64,000 bases of DNA from Pseudomonadota bacterium (GCA_052387815.1 JBQTIU010000022.1:15428-79427), one strand, 5' to 3'; numbered from the stretch's first letter, positions 17,999 to 30,100 are shown. Made by a program: numbers and translations. The notes: generated by a model not told the origin, from the sequence alone.

Positions 17999-19066
17999 CT
18001 ACAAGTGCCGGCCCGAAGCGGCGTCGAAGAGATGGATCGCGGCGGGCTGCGGGACGAGGCCGATCCATTCGCCCGGTCGGAACGGGTGCCGTTCGGTGAA
18101 CAAGGCGGAGATCTGCATCCCGGCCATCTCGGCCACGACTTGGATCTCGGCCCCGGTCGGCTCGACCACCAGCACCTCGGCTGTCAGCCCGGCGCCGTTC
18201 GCGCCGAGCGACAGGTGCTCGGGCCGGATGCCGAAAATCACCCTCTGCCCGTCGGCGCCGGCGGTGGCCGGCACATCGATCGCCGCGCCGCCGGCCAGCT
18301 CGACCCGCGCCGCCCCGCCGTAACGGCTGAGCGTGCCGGAAAGGAAGTTCATCGCCGGCGAGCCGATGAACCCGGCGACGAACAGGTTCGACGGGCGGTC
18401 GTAGAGTTCGAGCGGCGCGCCGACCTGCTCGACGATGCCGTCGTGCATGACCACGATGCGATCGGCCATGGTCATCGCTTCGATCTGGTCGTGGGTGACG
18501 TAGACCGTCGTGGTCTTGAGGCGCTGGTGCAGCGCCTTGATCTCGGTGCGCATGGCCACGCGCAGCTTGGCGTCGAGATTGGACAGGGGCTCGTCGAACA
18601 GGAACACCTGCGGATCGCGCACGATGGCGCGGCCCATGGCGACGCGCTGGCGCTGGCCGCCCGACAGCTGGCGGGGATAGCGGCCGAGAAATTCGGTCAG
18701 GTTCAGGATCTCCGACGCCTTGCGGACCCGCTCGTCGATGAGCCGGCGGTCGGCCCGGCGCAGCTTCAAGCTGAAGGCCATATTGGCGTAGACCGTCATG
18801 TGCGGGTAGAGCGCGTAGTTCTGGAACACCATCGCCACGTCGCGGTCCTTGGGCGGCAGGTTGTTGACCTCCCGCTCGCCGATGGCGATCGATCCGACGG
18901 TGATCTCCTCGAGCCCGGCGATCATCCGCAGGAGGGTCGATTTCCCGCACCCCGACGGCCCCACCAGCACCACGAACTCGCCGTCCGTGATGTCGATGCT
19001 GACGCCGTGGATGACCTTAGTGCTGCCGAACGCTTTCTCGACGTCGCGAATGATGACCGAAGCCAT
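17999..19066 (-). CDS. Sugar ABC transporter ATP-binding protein (UgpC/MalK-like)
   Basis: GPSGCGKST Walker A, LSGGQRQRVAMGRAI, LFDEPLSNLD, TOBE C-domain, 355 aa. Confidence 0.9.
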   Translation of the reverse strand: MASVIIRDVEKAFGSTKVIHGVSIDITDGEFVVLVGPSGCGKSTLLRMIAGLEEITVGSIAIGEREVNNLPPKDRDVAMVFQNYALYPHMTVYANMAFSLKLRRADRRLIDERVRKASEILNLTEFLGRYPRQLSGGQRQRVAMGRAIVRDPQVFLFDEPLSNLDAKLRVAMRTEIKALHQRLKTTTVYVTHDQIEAMTMADRIVVMHDGIVEQVGAPLELYDRPSNLFVAGFIGSPAMNFLSGTLSRYGGAARVELAGGAAIDVPATAGADGQRVIFGIRPEHLSLGANGAGLTAEVLVVEPTGAEIQVVAEMAGMQISALFTERHPFRPGEWIGLVPQPAAIHLFDAASGRHL

Positions 19067-19169
19067 GCCTGTTCCTGGGCGATGGAGTTTTCTTACGGGC
19101 GGGGCGCGAGGCTGTCTTGCTGTGGTCTAGCGCGTTTAACCCGCCCTGGCAAGACCGCAGCCGGAGCCG

Positions 19170-20329
19170 TCAGGACAGCTCCGGCTCGAGGCGGTCGAGC
19201 GCTTCGGAAAGACGGGCGGCCGAGGTCGCGAAGCACAGCCGGAGCCATCCTTCCCCTTCGGGCCCGAAGGCGATGCCGGGGGCGAGACCCACTCCGGCGC
19301 GCGCCACGAGGTCCTTGGCGAAGGCTAAGCTGTCGGTCATGCCGTCGACCTCGAAGAAGGCGTAGAACGCGGCCTCGGGGCGCATCAGGCGGACTCGCCG
19401 CATCGCGCCGAGGCGCTGGACGACGAGATCGCGGGCGGCGCGATACTGCGCGAGGATCTCGGCGATGAAGCCCTCGCCGTCCTCGAGCGCCGCCATGCCG
19501 GCGGCTTGCGCGAAGGTGGCGGCGCACGACACGTTGAATTCGTTGATCTTCCCCAAGGTCTCGCCAGTCGCCGCGGGGGTCACCGCCCAGCCGAGCCGCC
19601 AGCCGGTCATGCACCACGACTTGGAGAAACTGTTGATGGCGATCACCGGGTCCTCGGGCAAGGCGACGTCGAGCAGCGAGGGGGCGATCTTGCCCTCGTA
19701 GACGATGCGATCGTAGACCTCGTCGCCGATCGCCCAGATGCCGCGCCGGCGGCAGAAGGCCAAGACCTCGACGAGGTCGGCCGCCGGCATCACCCAGCCG
19801 GTGGGGTTGCCGGGCGAGTTGATGAAGATGGCGCGCGTGCGCGCATCGCAGGCGTCGAATAGCCGCTCCAAGTCGAGCGACCAGCCGGCGGGGCCGGGCG
19901 CGAGCGCCACGCGGCGCGGCTCGCCGCCCATGATCCGGACCGCATCCGCGCAGTTCGGCCACAAGGGCCCGGTCAGCACCAGATTGTCCCCGGGGTCGAT
20001 CAGGCTTTCCATGACCAGCATGATCGCGCTCATGCCCGAGCCGGTGACGGTCACGCGCGCCTCCTCGATCTCGACCCCGCGCAGGCGCGAAAGGTAGCGG
20101 GCGAGCGCCTGGCGCAGCTCGGGGATGCCGCGATTGGGCGTGTAGAACGTGCGCCCCGCCGCCAAGGCGCGGCTCGCCGCCTCGCAGATGAACGCCGGGG
20201 TCGGCCGGTCGGATTCCCCGAACCACAGCGGGATGAGGCCGGGCACCCCGAAGCCGGCGTCGGAGACGGCGCGGATGCGCGAGCCCGTCAGCCCCTCGAC
20301 GAGGGCTCGCAGCGGGGCGCGAGGCTGGT

Positions 20330-20333
<4 letters not shown>
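19170..20333 (-). CDS. Class I/II (aspartate-aminotransferase-family) PLP-dependent aminotransferase
   Basis: GEPDF-like GESDRPTP, SFSKSWCMTGWRLGW (PLP lysine region), ~387 aa. Proposed TTG start overlapping the upstream dehydratase stop (TTGA). The listed 612-aa ORF N-terminus is Arg-rich shadow. Confidence 0.75.
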
Positions 20334-22075
<1,742 letters not shown>

Positions 22076-22277
22076 TTTTTTTCCCTTCGAAGTGGGGCTC
22101 GACATCGATGCGACTCTAGCAGGAGGGGAGAAAAAGGTCGTGCCCGAGATGGCGGGTGGCGCGGTCGTCGGCGGCCGCGGGGCGGCGGCTGCCAACATCC
22201 GGCTTCCACCGCGCTCGCCGGCTCGGGTAACATGACCGGGGGCAGCTGCTGGCGGGGACGGCCGCGGGGAGCGTCGG

Positions 22278-23063
22278 ATGGCATGGATCACGGGCGCGTA
22301 TCTGCTCTATCTGTTCACGCCCATCGTGCTGCTGCTGGTTGGCTCGTTCGGCGAGGCGTGGTTCAACACCCTGCTCCCCACCGGCTTCACCGGAAAGTGG
22401 TACGAGGCGGTGTGGCGGGACGGCAGCTTTCAGCGGGCTTTCTGGGTGAGCCTCGAGGTCGCGGCCGCCGCCTGCGCGATCTGCACCGCGATCGGGCTGC
22501 CTTTCGCCTATGCGATCTATGGCGCGGCCTCGCGCGGCGTGCGTGCCGCGGCACGCATCGTCTACCTGCTGCCCATCGCGATGCCGCCGCTGGTGCTGGC
22601 GTTCGGCTTCCTGCTCGTGTTCTCCAGCGACACCCTGCCGTTCCTCGGCAGCCTGTGGGTGCTGATCGGGGGCCATGTCGTGCTCACCCTGCCCTACATG
22701 CTCCAGAGCCTGGTCGGCGATATGCGGCATCTCGGGCTGGCCGAGCTCGAGCGCGCCGCCGAATCGCTTGGCGCCTCGGCCGCGTCGCGCTTCTTCAACA
22801 TCGTGCTCCCGGCGCTGCGCCACAGTCTCGCCTCCGGCCTGATCATGGTGGCCGCCTTGTCGATCGGCGAATTCCAGCTCTCCAACCTGGTTGCCGGGTT
22901 CCTCACCCGCCCCTACCCCGTTGTCCTGCTCCAGGCATTCTACGGGGCGACCGGCTTCGCGTGCGCGGCGACGGTGATCCTCCTCGTCCTGGCGCTGTTG
23001 GCGGCGGTGGGCGGCGGGCGCGCGGCGCGCGGGGCGCGGCTGGCGCACGGGATGTCGGCATGA
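22278..23063 (+). CDS. ABC transporter permease
   Basis: TM protein, EAA loop LERAAESLGASAASRFFNIVLP, 261 aa. Confidence 0.8.
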   Translation: MAWITGAYLLYLFTPIVLLLVGSFGEAWFNTLLPTGFTGKWYEAVWRDGSFQRAFWVSLEVAAAACAICTAIGLPFAYAIYGAASRGVRAAARIVYLLPIAMPPLVLAFGFLLVFSSDTLPFLGSLWVLIGGHVVLTLPYMLQSLVGDMRHLGLAELERAAESLGASAASRFFNIVLPALRHSLASGLIMVAALSIGEFQLSNLVAGFLTRPYPVVLLQAFYGATGFACAATVILLVLALLAAVGGGRAARGARLAHGMSA

Positions 23064-24145
23064 GCGGCGCGGCGGTGGTCGCGCTCGAGGGCGTCGGCTT
23101 CGTCTACCCGGGCACGGCGGCGGGCGTGTGCGACGTCACGCTCGACATCCGCGCCGGCGAACTGGTCGCGATCATCGGGGCGAGCGGCTGCGGCAAGTCG
23201 ACGCTGCTCAAGCTGATCGCCGGGTTTCTGGCCCCCGCGCGCGGCCGCGTGCGGCTCGACGGGCACGACATGGAAGGTGTGCCCCCGCGCGAGCGCCGGC
23301 TCGGGGTCGTCTTCCAGGCCTATGCGCTGTTCCCGCACATGACCGCCGCCGAGAACGTCGCCTATCCGCTCAAGGTGCGCGCCGTGCCGGCGGCCGAGCG
23401 GCGTCGTCAGGCGCTGGCGATGCTGGCGCTGGTCGGCCTGTCGGCCTTCGCCGAGCGCATACCGGCCGATCTCTCGGGCGGCCAACAGCAGCGCGTGGCC
23501 CTCGCCCGGGCGCTGGTCTTCCGGCCGCGCGCCCTGCTGCTCGACGAGCCGCTCTCGGCGCTCGACGCCGCGCTCCGCCTCGAGATGCGCGACGAGATCC
23601 GCCGCCTGCAGCGCGAGTCCGGCATCGCCACGCTGCACATCACCCACGACCAGGAAGAGGCGTTGTCGATGGCCGACCGCGTGGCGATGATGCGCGCCGG
23701 GCGGCTGGAGCAGGTCGGCGCGCCGCGCGACCTTTACGACCGGCCGGCGAGCCGCGCCGTCGCTGCCTTCGTCGGACATGCCAACCTGTGGCCGGGCGTG
23801 GTGGCGGGGCCGACCATGCTGACGACGCCCCTCGGGCCGCTCGTCGTCCCCCCGCACGCTCGCCCGGCCGGCGCGCGGATGACCGTGCTGGTGCGGCCCG
23901 AACGGGTATGCGTCGGCGCGGCCGCGGACGGGGTCAACGGCTTCGCCGGCCGCCTGGTGCGCGATCGCTTCCTCGGCGCGGTCCGGCGCTTCGATCTGGC
24001 GGCGGCGGGCGGCGTCATCGTCGGCGAGACCGCGCAACCGGGCGACGTCGATTTCGTTCATGTCCGCCCCGAACACGTCCAGCTTCTGCCCGACGAGCCG
24101 GGCGAAGACTCGAGCCCTGTCGTGACAACCAGCAATGGAGGATGA
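23060..24145 (+). CDS. ABC transporter ATP-binding protein
   Basis: GASGCGKSTLLK, LSGGQQQRVALARAL, LLLDEPLSALD; start ATG 23060 overlaps the permease stop. This is the true gene inside the spurious 1270-aa ORF 20333..24145. Confidence 0.9.
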   Translation: MSGAAVVALEGVGFVYPGTAAGVCDVTLDIRAGELVAIIGASGCGKSTLLKLIAGFLAPARGRVRLDGHDMEGVPPRERRLGVVFQAYALFPHMTAAENVAYPLKVRAVPAAERRRQALAMLALVGLSAFAERIPADLSGGQQQRVALARALVFRPRALLLDEPLSALDAALRLEMRDEIRRLQRESGIATLHITHDQEEALSMADRVAMMRAGRLEQVGAPRDLYDRPASRAVAAFVGHANLWPGVVAGPTMLTTPLGPLVVPPHARPAGARMTVLVRPERVCVGAAADGVNGFAGRLVRDRFLGAVRRFDLAAAGGVIVGETAQPGDVDFVHVRPEHVQLLPDEPGEDSSPVVTTSNGG

Positions 24146-24146
24146 G

Positions 24147-25226
24147 ATGAGAATGCTCAAGCACGCACTTGCCGTGGCGGCGCTGGCAGCCCTGCCGACG
24201 CTGGCCCTCGCCCAGACGGCGGTCGATTCCCCCGAGCTCTATCCGGGTGAGCGGGCGCTCTACGAGGCGGCGAGCCGGGAAGGCCTCGTTGTCTCCTTCG
24301 ACACCGGCCCGACCTGGGCCAACTGGGCGGCCCAGTTCGCCGCCTTTAAAGTGCGTTATCCGAATGTCGAGATGACCTACAACGATCTTGGCTCGGCGGC
24401 GACGGTGGTGGCGCTGGACAAGGCGCGCAATCGGCCGCAGGCCGACACCGCCTATTACTTCGCCGCCTCGGCGGTGGACGCCGTGCGCAAGGGCGTGGTG
24501 GCGCCGTTCAAGCCGGTCAATTTCGACAAGCTGCCGGAAGTGTTCCGCCACCCGGAAGGCGAGTGGTTCACCATCCACTCGCTGACCATCGCCTTCGTGA
24601 TCAACACCAAACTGGTCAAGAACGTGCCGCAGTCCTGGGCCGACCTGCTGAAGCCCGAATACAAGAACTCGATCGTCTATCTCGACCCGCGCTCGACCGG
24701 CGTCGGCCAGGTGCTCACCTTCGCCGCCAACTTCGCCGGCGGCGGCGACATGAGCAACGTCCAGCCGGGCCTCGACTACCTGGGCAAGCTGCACAAGGCC
24801 GGCAATGTGCTGCGCGTGGTCGGCACTACGCCTTATGCGCAGTTCGTCAAGGGCGAGATCCCGATCTGGATCTCCTACGAGAACGATGGGCTCAAGGCCA
24901 AGCACATCGACGGGCTGGGCGAGGCGGTCGCGGTGGTGATCCCGAAGGAGGCCTCGGCCGCCGCCCCCTACGCCATCAGCCTGGTCAAGAACGGCCCCAA
25001 CCCCAATGCGGGCAAGCTGTGGCTCAACTTCATTATGACCGAATTGGGCCAGGGCATCTTCGCCCAGGGCTTCGTCCGGCCGGCCGTCCCGGGCGTCAAG
25101 GTGCCCGACGCGGTCGCCGACAAGCTGCCGCCGGCGCCGCAGGTCAGGCCGCTCGACGTGCAGGCGGCGGCGGCCAAGAAGGCGGAGATCGACGCCGGCT
25201 GGGCCAAGGTCGCGGTCGGAAACTGA
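24147..25226 (+). CDS. ABC transporter substrate-binding protein (family 1)
   Basis: MRMLKHALAVAALAALPTLALAQT signal peptide, GGAGG 8 nt upstream of ATG 24147, ~359 aa. Confidence 0.8.
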   Translation: MRMLKHALAVAALAALPTLALAQTAVDSPELYPGERALYEAASREGLVVSFDTGPTWANWAAQFAAFKVRYPNVEMTYNDLGSAATVVALDKARNRPQADTAYYFAASAVDAVRKGVVAPFKPVNFDKLPEVFRHPEGEWFTIHSLTIAFVINTKLVKNVPQSWADLLKPEYKNSIVYLDPRSTGVGQVLTFAANFAGGGDMSNVQPGLDYLGKLHKAGNVLRVVGTTPYAQFVKGEIPIWISYENDGLKAKHIDGLGEAVAVVIPKEASAAAPYAISLVKNGPNPNAGKLWLNFIMTELGQGIFAQGFVRPAVPGVKVPDAVADKLPPAPQVRPLDVQAAAAKKAEIDAGWAKVAVGN

Positions 25227-25300
25227 CGCTCGACCCGCCCCGCCCCGCCCCCGCCCCCATGTCATCCGCGACCGGGGCGGGGCGGGGCGTGAGCGATCGC

Positions 25301-26131
25301 ATGGCGCGCCACCGCCCCCCCGCCCGCTTGTGGCTGGCCGCGCCCGGGCTGTCGGTGCTCGCCTTCTTCTTCCTGCTGCCGCTCGCCGCTGTCTCGGCGG
25401 ATGCGTTCGCCGACCGCGCCTTCGCCCGGGTACTCGCCAATCCGCTCGTCTGGCGCGGTCTGCAAGGCAGCATCCTCCTGACGCTGGTGGCGTCGGGGTT
25501 CTCGCTCGCGGTCGGCTTCGCCGTGGCGCTGCACCTGTCGCGCCTTGCCGATGGCGTGCGCGCGGCGCTCGTTTTCCTGATCTCGCTGCCGCTCACCTTC
25601 TCCGGGCTGATCGTCGCCTACGGCTTCATCCTGGGCTATGGCCGCGCCGGGTTCGTCACTCAGTTGCTGGCTTTCCTCGGCGTCGATCCGGCGTGGTTCT
25701 CCGGCCTGCTCTACAGCCCCGTCGGCCTCGCCTTCGCGTCGTCGTATTACCTGATACCGCGCGTCGTCATGTTGCTGTTGCCGGTGCTGGTCAACTTCGA
25801 CTGGACGCAGCTCGCCGCCGCCGAGTCGCTGGGCGCGACGCGCCGGCAGGCGATCGCCGGCATCGTCGTGCCGCAGATTCTTCCCACCGCCTTCGCCACC
25901 TTCTGCCTGATCGCGGCGGTGGTGTTCGGCGCCTACGGCACGGCGCTTGCCCTGGTCGGCACGCGGGTCAATATCCTGCCGCTGCAGCTCTACAGCTTGA
26001 TCTCCGAGACCGGCTCCGACTTTCCCGCCGCGGCGGCGTTGTCACTGGTGCTGACCGCGATTTGTTCTTGCATGATGGCGGCCGGCGAGATCGTCGCGGC
26101 GCGCCGCGAGGGGCGCGATGCTCACCCTTGA
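25301..26131 (+). CDS. ABC transporter permease
   Basis: MARHRPPARLWLAAPGLSVLAFFFLLP..., EAA loop AAAESLGATRRQAIAGIVVP, ~276 aa; internal ATG of listed ORF 24563..26131. Confidence 0.8.
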   Translation: MARHRPPARLWLAAPGLSVLAFFFLLPLAAVSADAFADRAFARVLANPLVWRGLQGSILLTLVASGFSLAVGFAVALHLSRLADGVRAALVFLISLPLTFSGLIVAYGFILGYGRAGFVTQLLAFLGVDPAWFSGLLYSPVGLAFASSYYLIPRVVMLLLPVLVNFDWTQLAAAESLGATRRQAIAGIVVPQILPTAFATFCLIAAVVFGAYGTALALVGTRVNILPLQLYSLISETGSDFPAAAALSLVLTAICSCMMAAGEIVAARREGRDAHP

Positions 26132-26741
26132 CCGCGCCGCCGGCCGACTGGCCGACGCCGGGGGACGGCGGTTCGACCCCGCGAGCCGCACCTGGAGGCC
26201 CGGCGCGGCCGTAGCCGGTGAGCGCGTCGACCCGCGCGCGGCGGTGCGCTGGCTGCAGAACGAGAGCGGCGCGCGGCTGCGCGTGCCGGTCGGGGTCATC
26301 GGCCCGCGCCAGGCGAGCCCCGAGCAGCTCGCCGCCGCCGAGGCGATCGGCCGCGGCCTGGCCGAGATGGGCCTGACCGTGCTGTGCGGCGGCCGGCAGG
26401 GGGTGATGGAGGCGGTTTGTCGCGGCGCCGCCGCGGCGGACGGCCTCTCGGTCGGCTTGCTGGCCGAGGCCGACGCGGGCGCCGCCAACCCGTTCCTCGG
26501 CGTGGCGTTGGCCACCGGCATCGGCGAAGCGCGCAACGCGCTCATCGCGCGCGCCGCCTTCTGCCTGATCGCCGTCGGCGACAGCCTCGGCACGCTCTCC
26601 GAGGTGGCGCTCGGCCTGCAGTTCGGCAAGGCGGTGCTCGGGCTGGCCGGGGCGGCGCGTCTCTCCGGGGTGCGGACGGTCGAGGGTGCGGATGCCGCCC
26701 TCGACGCGGTGGCGGCGCTGGTTCTCGATCTTTCCGGCTGA
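26118..26741 (+). CDS. TIGR00725 / LOG-like (SLOG Rossmann) family protein
   Basis: PVGVIGPRQASPEQLAAAEAIGRGLAEMGLTVLCGGRQGVMEAVCRGAAAADGLSVGLL...GIGEARNALIARAAFCLIAVGDSLGTLSEVALGLQFGKAVLGL matches the remembered TIGR00725 pattern. Start overlaps the permease 3' end by 14 nt. Confidence 0.6.
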   Translation: MLTLDRAAGRLADAGGRRFDPASRTWRPGAAVAGERVDPRAAVRWLQNESGARLRVPVGVIGPRQASPEQLAAAEAIGRGLAEMGLTVLCGGRQGVMEAVCRGAAAADGLSVGLLAEADAGAANPFLGVALATGIGEARNALIARAAFCLIAVGDSLGTLSEVALGLQFGKAVLGLAGAARLSGVRTVEGADAALDAVAALVLDLSG

Positions 26742-26786
26742 CCGGCCGGTAAGCGAGGCGCCCGCCAACCGACGTTCCGGACAGGC

Positions 26787-28496
26787 TCACACCTTTTCCT
26801 TGGTCATCGCCGTCGCCGCGCGGGCGTCCGCGCGCACCGCCGTGACGGTCTTGCGCGTGGTCAGCCATTCGCGGTCGGTGCGCAACTCGATCACCGCGGG
26901 CTTGCCGGAAGCGATCGCGCGCTCGAGCGCCGGGGCGAACTCCGCGGTCCGCTCGACGATCTCCCCGTGCCCGCCATAGGCGCGGGCGAGGGCGGCGAAG
27001 TCCGGGTTGACGAGGTCGGTGGCGACCACGCGCTCGGGATGCTCGCGCTCCTGGTGCATGCGGATGGTGCCGTACATGCGGTTGTTGAAGACCAGCACGA
27101 TCGGCGCCACGCCGTGCTGCGCGGCGGTCGCCAGTTCCTGGCCGCTCATCATGAATCCGCCGTCGCCGACGCTGGCGAGCACCAGCCGGTCGGGATGGAC
27201 GAGCTTGGCGGCGACGGCGGCCGGCACCGAATAGCCCATGGCGCCGCTGGTCGCCCCGATCTGCCGGGTGGGGCGGCGATGGATGAGGTAGCGCTGCAGC
27301 CAGCCGGTGTGGTTGCCGGCATCGAGGGTGAGGATGAAATCCTCCGGCAGCCGCGCGCGCAGGCCGGCGAGCGCCTGGCCCATGTCGAGCGCCCCGTCGT
27401 AGGGCGTGGGCTCGAGATGGCCGAGATAGTCGCGGCGCGCCGCCTGCGCCCAATCCCGCCAGCGAGTCCCTTCGACCGGCGCGAGTTCGGCCGCGGCGGC
27501 GGCGAAGGCGGCCGCGCCCGACTGGATCGCCAGATCGGGGCGGAAGACCCGCCCGAGCTCGTCGGCGTCGGCATGGACGTGGATCAACGTCTGGCGCGGC
27601 TCGGGCGCCTCGAGGACCGTATAGCCTTGAGTCGTCATTTCGCCGAGCCGGGCCCCGATCACCAACAGAACGTCCGCCTGCTTGGCGCGCTCGACCAGGC
27701 CCGGCGGCGGCGCCGTCCCGAGATCGCCGACAAAAACGGGGCTGTGGTTATCGAACACGTCCTGGCGGCGGAAGGAGCAGCAGGTCGGCAGGCCGTTCGC
27801 TTCGGCGAAGGCGACGATCTGGCGGCAGGCGACATCGTTCCAGCCGGGCCCGCCGACCAGCATCAGGGGTCGCTCGGCCCGCTCCAGCATCGAACGCAGC
27901 CGGGCCATGTCGCTGCGGCCGGGGTGGGCGTGGACGGCGGTGTAGGGTTCGGCGTCGCGGACCGCGACTCGGGTCGCCAGCATGTCCTCGGGCAGGGCGA
28001 GGACCACCGGTCCTGGCCGGCCGGAGGCGGCGACATGGAAGGCGCGGGCAATGTATTCGGGGATGCGCTCGGCGACCTCGATCTGTGCCACCCATTTGGC
28101 GAGCGGCGCGAACATCTTTCGGTAATCGACTTCCTGGAAGGCTTCGCGGTCGATCGCCTGGCGCCCGACCTGGCCGATCAACAGGATCATCGGCGTCGAG
28201 TCCTGGAAGGCGGTGTGGACACCGACCGCGGCGTGGCAGGCTCCGGGGCCGCGCGTCACCAAGCACAGGCCCGGGCGGCCGGTGAGCTTGCCGTAGGCCT
28301 CGGCCATGTTGGCGGCGCCCGCCTCGTGGCGCGCATTGATGAGCCGGATGCGGTGGCGGGCATCGTGGAGCGCGTCGAGCACTTCGAGATAGCTCTCGCC
28401 CGGCACGCAGAACGCCATGTCGGCGCCGTGGATCAGCAACTGGTCGACCACGACCCGGCCGCCGCTGCGCAAGCTTGGCTTGGTCATCGCCACCAC
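26787..28496 (-). CDS. Thiamine-diphosphate-dependent enzyme (acetolactate-synthase-like family)
   Basis: Three-domain ThDP layout: N-terminal PYR domain (FCVPGESYLEVLDAL), central domain, C-terminal GDGGFMMSGQELATA ThDP-binding motif; 569 aa. Confidence 0.85.
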   Translation of the reverse strand: MVAMTKPSLRSGGRVVVDQLLIHGADMAFCVPGESYLEVLDALHDARHRIRLINARHEAGAANMAEAYGKLTGRPGLCLVTRGPGACHAAVGVHTAFQDSTPMILLIGQVGRQAIDREAFQEVDYRKMFAPLAKWVAQIEVAERIPEYIARAFHVAASGRPGPVVLALPEDMLATRVAVRDAEPYTAVHAHPGRSDMARLRSMLERAERPLMLVGGPGWNDVACRQIVAFAEANGLPTCCSFRRQDVFDNHSPVFVGDLGTAPPPGLVERAKQADVLLVIGARLGEMTTQGYTVLEAPEPRQTLIHVHADADELGRVFRPDLAIQSGAAAFAAAAAELAPVEGTRWRDWAQAARRDYLGHLEPTPYDGALDMGQALAGLRARLPEDFILTLDAGNHTGWLQRYLIHRRPTRQIGATSGAMGYSVPAAVAAKLVHPDRLVLASVGDGGFMMSGQELATAAQHGVAPIVLVFNNRMYGTIRMHQEREHPERVVATDLVNPDFAALARAYGGHGEIVERTAEFAPALERAIASGKPAVIELRTDREWLTTRKTVTAVRADARAATAMTKEKV

Positions 28497-28627
28497 CAGA
28501 TCCGGTAGGATCGGAGCCCTTGCCCCGGCTTGGGACGCCGGGCAGTTAAGGGCCGGATCCCAAGGCTGTCAACGGACCTTCTTACGGATGGACAAGGACA
28601 GCCGGTTGTGGTTAGGTTTGGCGGGCT

Positions 28628-29122
28628 ATGAACGAGATGATCGAAGAAAAGACGGTCTACGCGGAAGCCATCACCGAGTTCCCGAGCGGCTTCCATCAGA
28701 TGCTCGGCTACCGGATCATGGAATGGACCGATGGCGCGGCGACGCTGGCGCTCACCGTCGGCCCGCGGCACCTGAACCGCGGCGGGGTGTTGCATAGCGG
28801 CGTGCTTGCCACCCTGATCGGCACGGCGGGCGCCTATGCCGGCTGCTACTGCCCCCATGCCGAGCGCGCCCGGCGGGTCGCCGCCATCTCGTTGTCGGTC
28901 CAGTTCGTCGCCCCGCCGAAGAGCGGCGCCGTCCTCGCCCGCGCCAAGGTTCGCGGCGGCGCCAAGAAAATGTACATTGCCTCGGCCGAGGTGCACGACA
29001 CGGCGGGCACGCTGCTGGCGGTAGGCGAGGTCGTTTACCGCTACCAGGCGGGCAGCGAGACGACCGAAGGCGTGCCGCTCGGGCAAGAAGGCGGCGAAAA
29101 GCGCAACACTTCCTTGGGCTAA
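28628..29122 (+). CDS. PaaI/4HBT-family hotdog-fold thioesterase
   Basis: MLGYRIMEWTDGAATLALTVGPRHLNRGGVLHSGVLATLIGTAGA, 164 aa. Confidence 0.8.
   Translation: MNEMIEEKTVYAEAITEFPSGFHQMLGYRIMEWTDGAATLALTVGPRHLNRGGVLHSGVLATLIGTAGAYAGCYCPHAERARRVAAISLSVQFVAPPKSGAVLARAKVRGGAKKMYIASAEVHDTAGTLLAVGEVVYRYQAGSETTEGVPLGQEGGEKRNTSLG
28941..29122 (+). repeat. Left copy of a ~185 bp direct duplication (3' end of the thioesterase gene)
   Basis: 28941..29122 aligns with 39605..39789 with a handful of substitutions and one extra A in the right copy; both copies end exactly at the stop codon. Confidence 0.75.
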
Positions 29123-29234
29123 AGCCGCAGCGTCCGAATTGTCGCTCATCGTCGCCGGATCGTAACCCCTTGGCATCAAAATCCGGCCATCCTAATTGTC
29201 GCCGACCGGACATCACAATTGTCGTTGTACAGCG

Positions 29235-29805
29235 TAGCGGCCTGGCCGCCGCGAGGATCGCTTGGCGCCAGGCTCAGCCGACGCTTGATCCCGCCCGGCT
29301 CGTCTTCCTCGACGAAACCGGAGTGACCACCAACATGGCGTGACGCTATGGGCGGGCGCCGCGCGGCCGGCGGCTGGGATGCTCCGTTCGCCGCGGCCCC
29401 TGGAAAACCACGACGTTCGGCGCCGCCCTGCGCCAGGATGGCATCGCCGCTCCTTGCGTCTTCGATGGACCGATCAACGGCGATGCTTTCCGCGCCTATA
29501 TCCAGCAGTGCCTGGCGCCGACCCTGAGGCCGGGCGACACTGTGATCATGGACAATTTCGGCAGCCACAAAGTCGCCGGCGTCCGGGAAACCATCGAGAG
29601 TGGCGGCGCGACACTATGGTTCCTGCCGCCCTACAGTCCCGACCTCAACTCGATCGAGCAGGCCTTCGCCAAGCTCAAAGCCATCCTGCACAAAGCCGCT
29701 GCCAGAACCCTCGACACCCTCACCACAGCCATCGCCGTCGCCCTCGACCACTTCCCAACATCCGAGTGCGCCGTATACCTCGAAAACTCAGGATATGTTC
29801 CAATC
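29235..29805 (+). mobile_element. IS630-family transposase gene remnant: DDE C-terminal half only, with an in-frame TGA
   Basis: ...LDPARLVFLDETGVTTNMA*RYGRAPRGRRL...GPWKTTTFGAALRQDG...VIMDNFGSHKVAGVRETIESGGATLWFLPPYSPDLNSIEQAFAKLKAILHKAAART...ECAVYLENSGY is a canonical IS630 DDE region. The codon at 29341..29343 is TGA where family members have Arg. No N-terminal HTH part. Confidence 0.7.
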
Positions 29806-29826
29806 AACCGAAAAACGCTCCAGGCG

Positions 29827-30100
29827 GCTCGCCCAATCCATCACCACAACCAAATAGAGAAAGCCGCGCGCCATCGGGATGCAAGTAATGTCCGCCGCCC
29901 ACACCTGGTTCACCCGCTCGATCGCGAGCCCGCCCAAGAGGTAGGGATAAACCTTGTGATTCCCCGCCGGCGCGCCGATCGCCGCACGACAGCGTCTCAT
30001 CGCTTCGCGATGAGACGCTCCCACAGCCGCTCGAACCCCAGCGCTGGCCCGATGCGCCGTGTCGCGGTCTTCGTCGCCGTGTCGTTGTCGAGCGCGCCCA
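29827..30100 (-). mobile_element. IS3-family transposase OrfB (integrase core N-terminal part) remnant
   Basis: Minus-strand ...REAMRRCRAAIGAPAGNHKVYPYLLGGLAIERVNQVWAADITCIPMARGFLYLVVVMDWASR matches the IS3-family OrfB block (HKTYPYLLRGL...NQVW..DITYIPM..GFLYLV..MDW.SR). Homology stops abruptly at ~29827, where the IS630 fragment abuts on the other strand. Confidence 0.6.

Noticed and set aside
19161-19184. Inverted repeat CCGGAGC-N10-GCTCCGG that looked like a terminator for the aminotransferase
   Set aside because: It overlaps the last codons and stop of the gene and has no following T/U run; not convincing as an intrinsic terminator.
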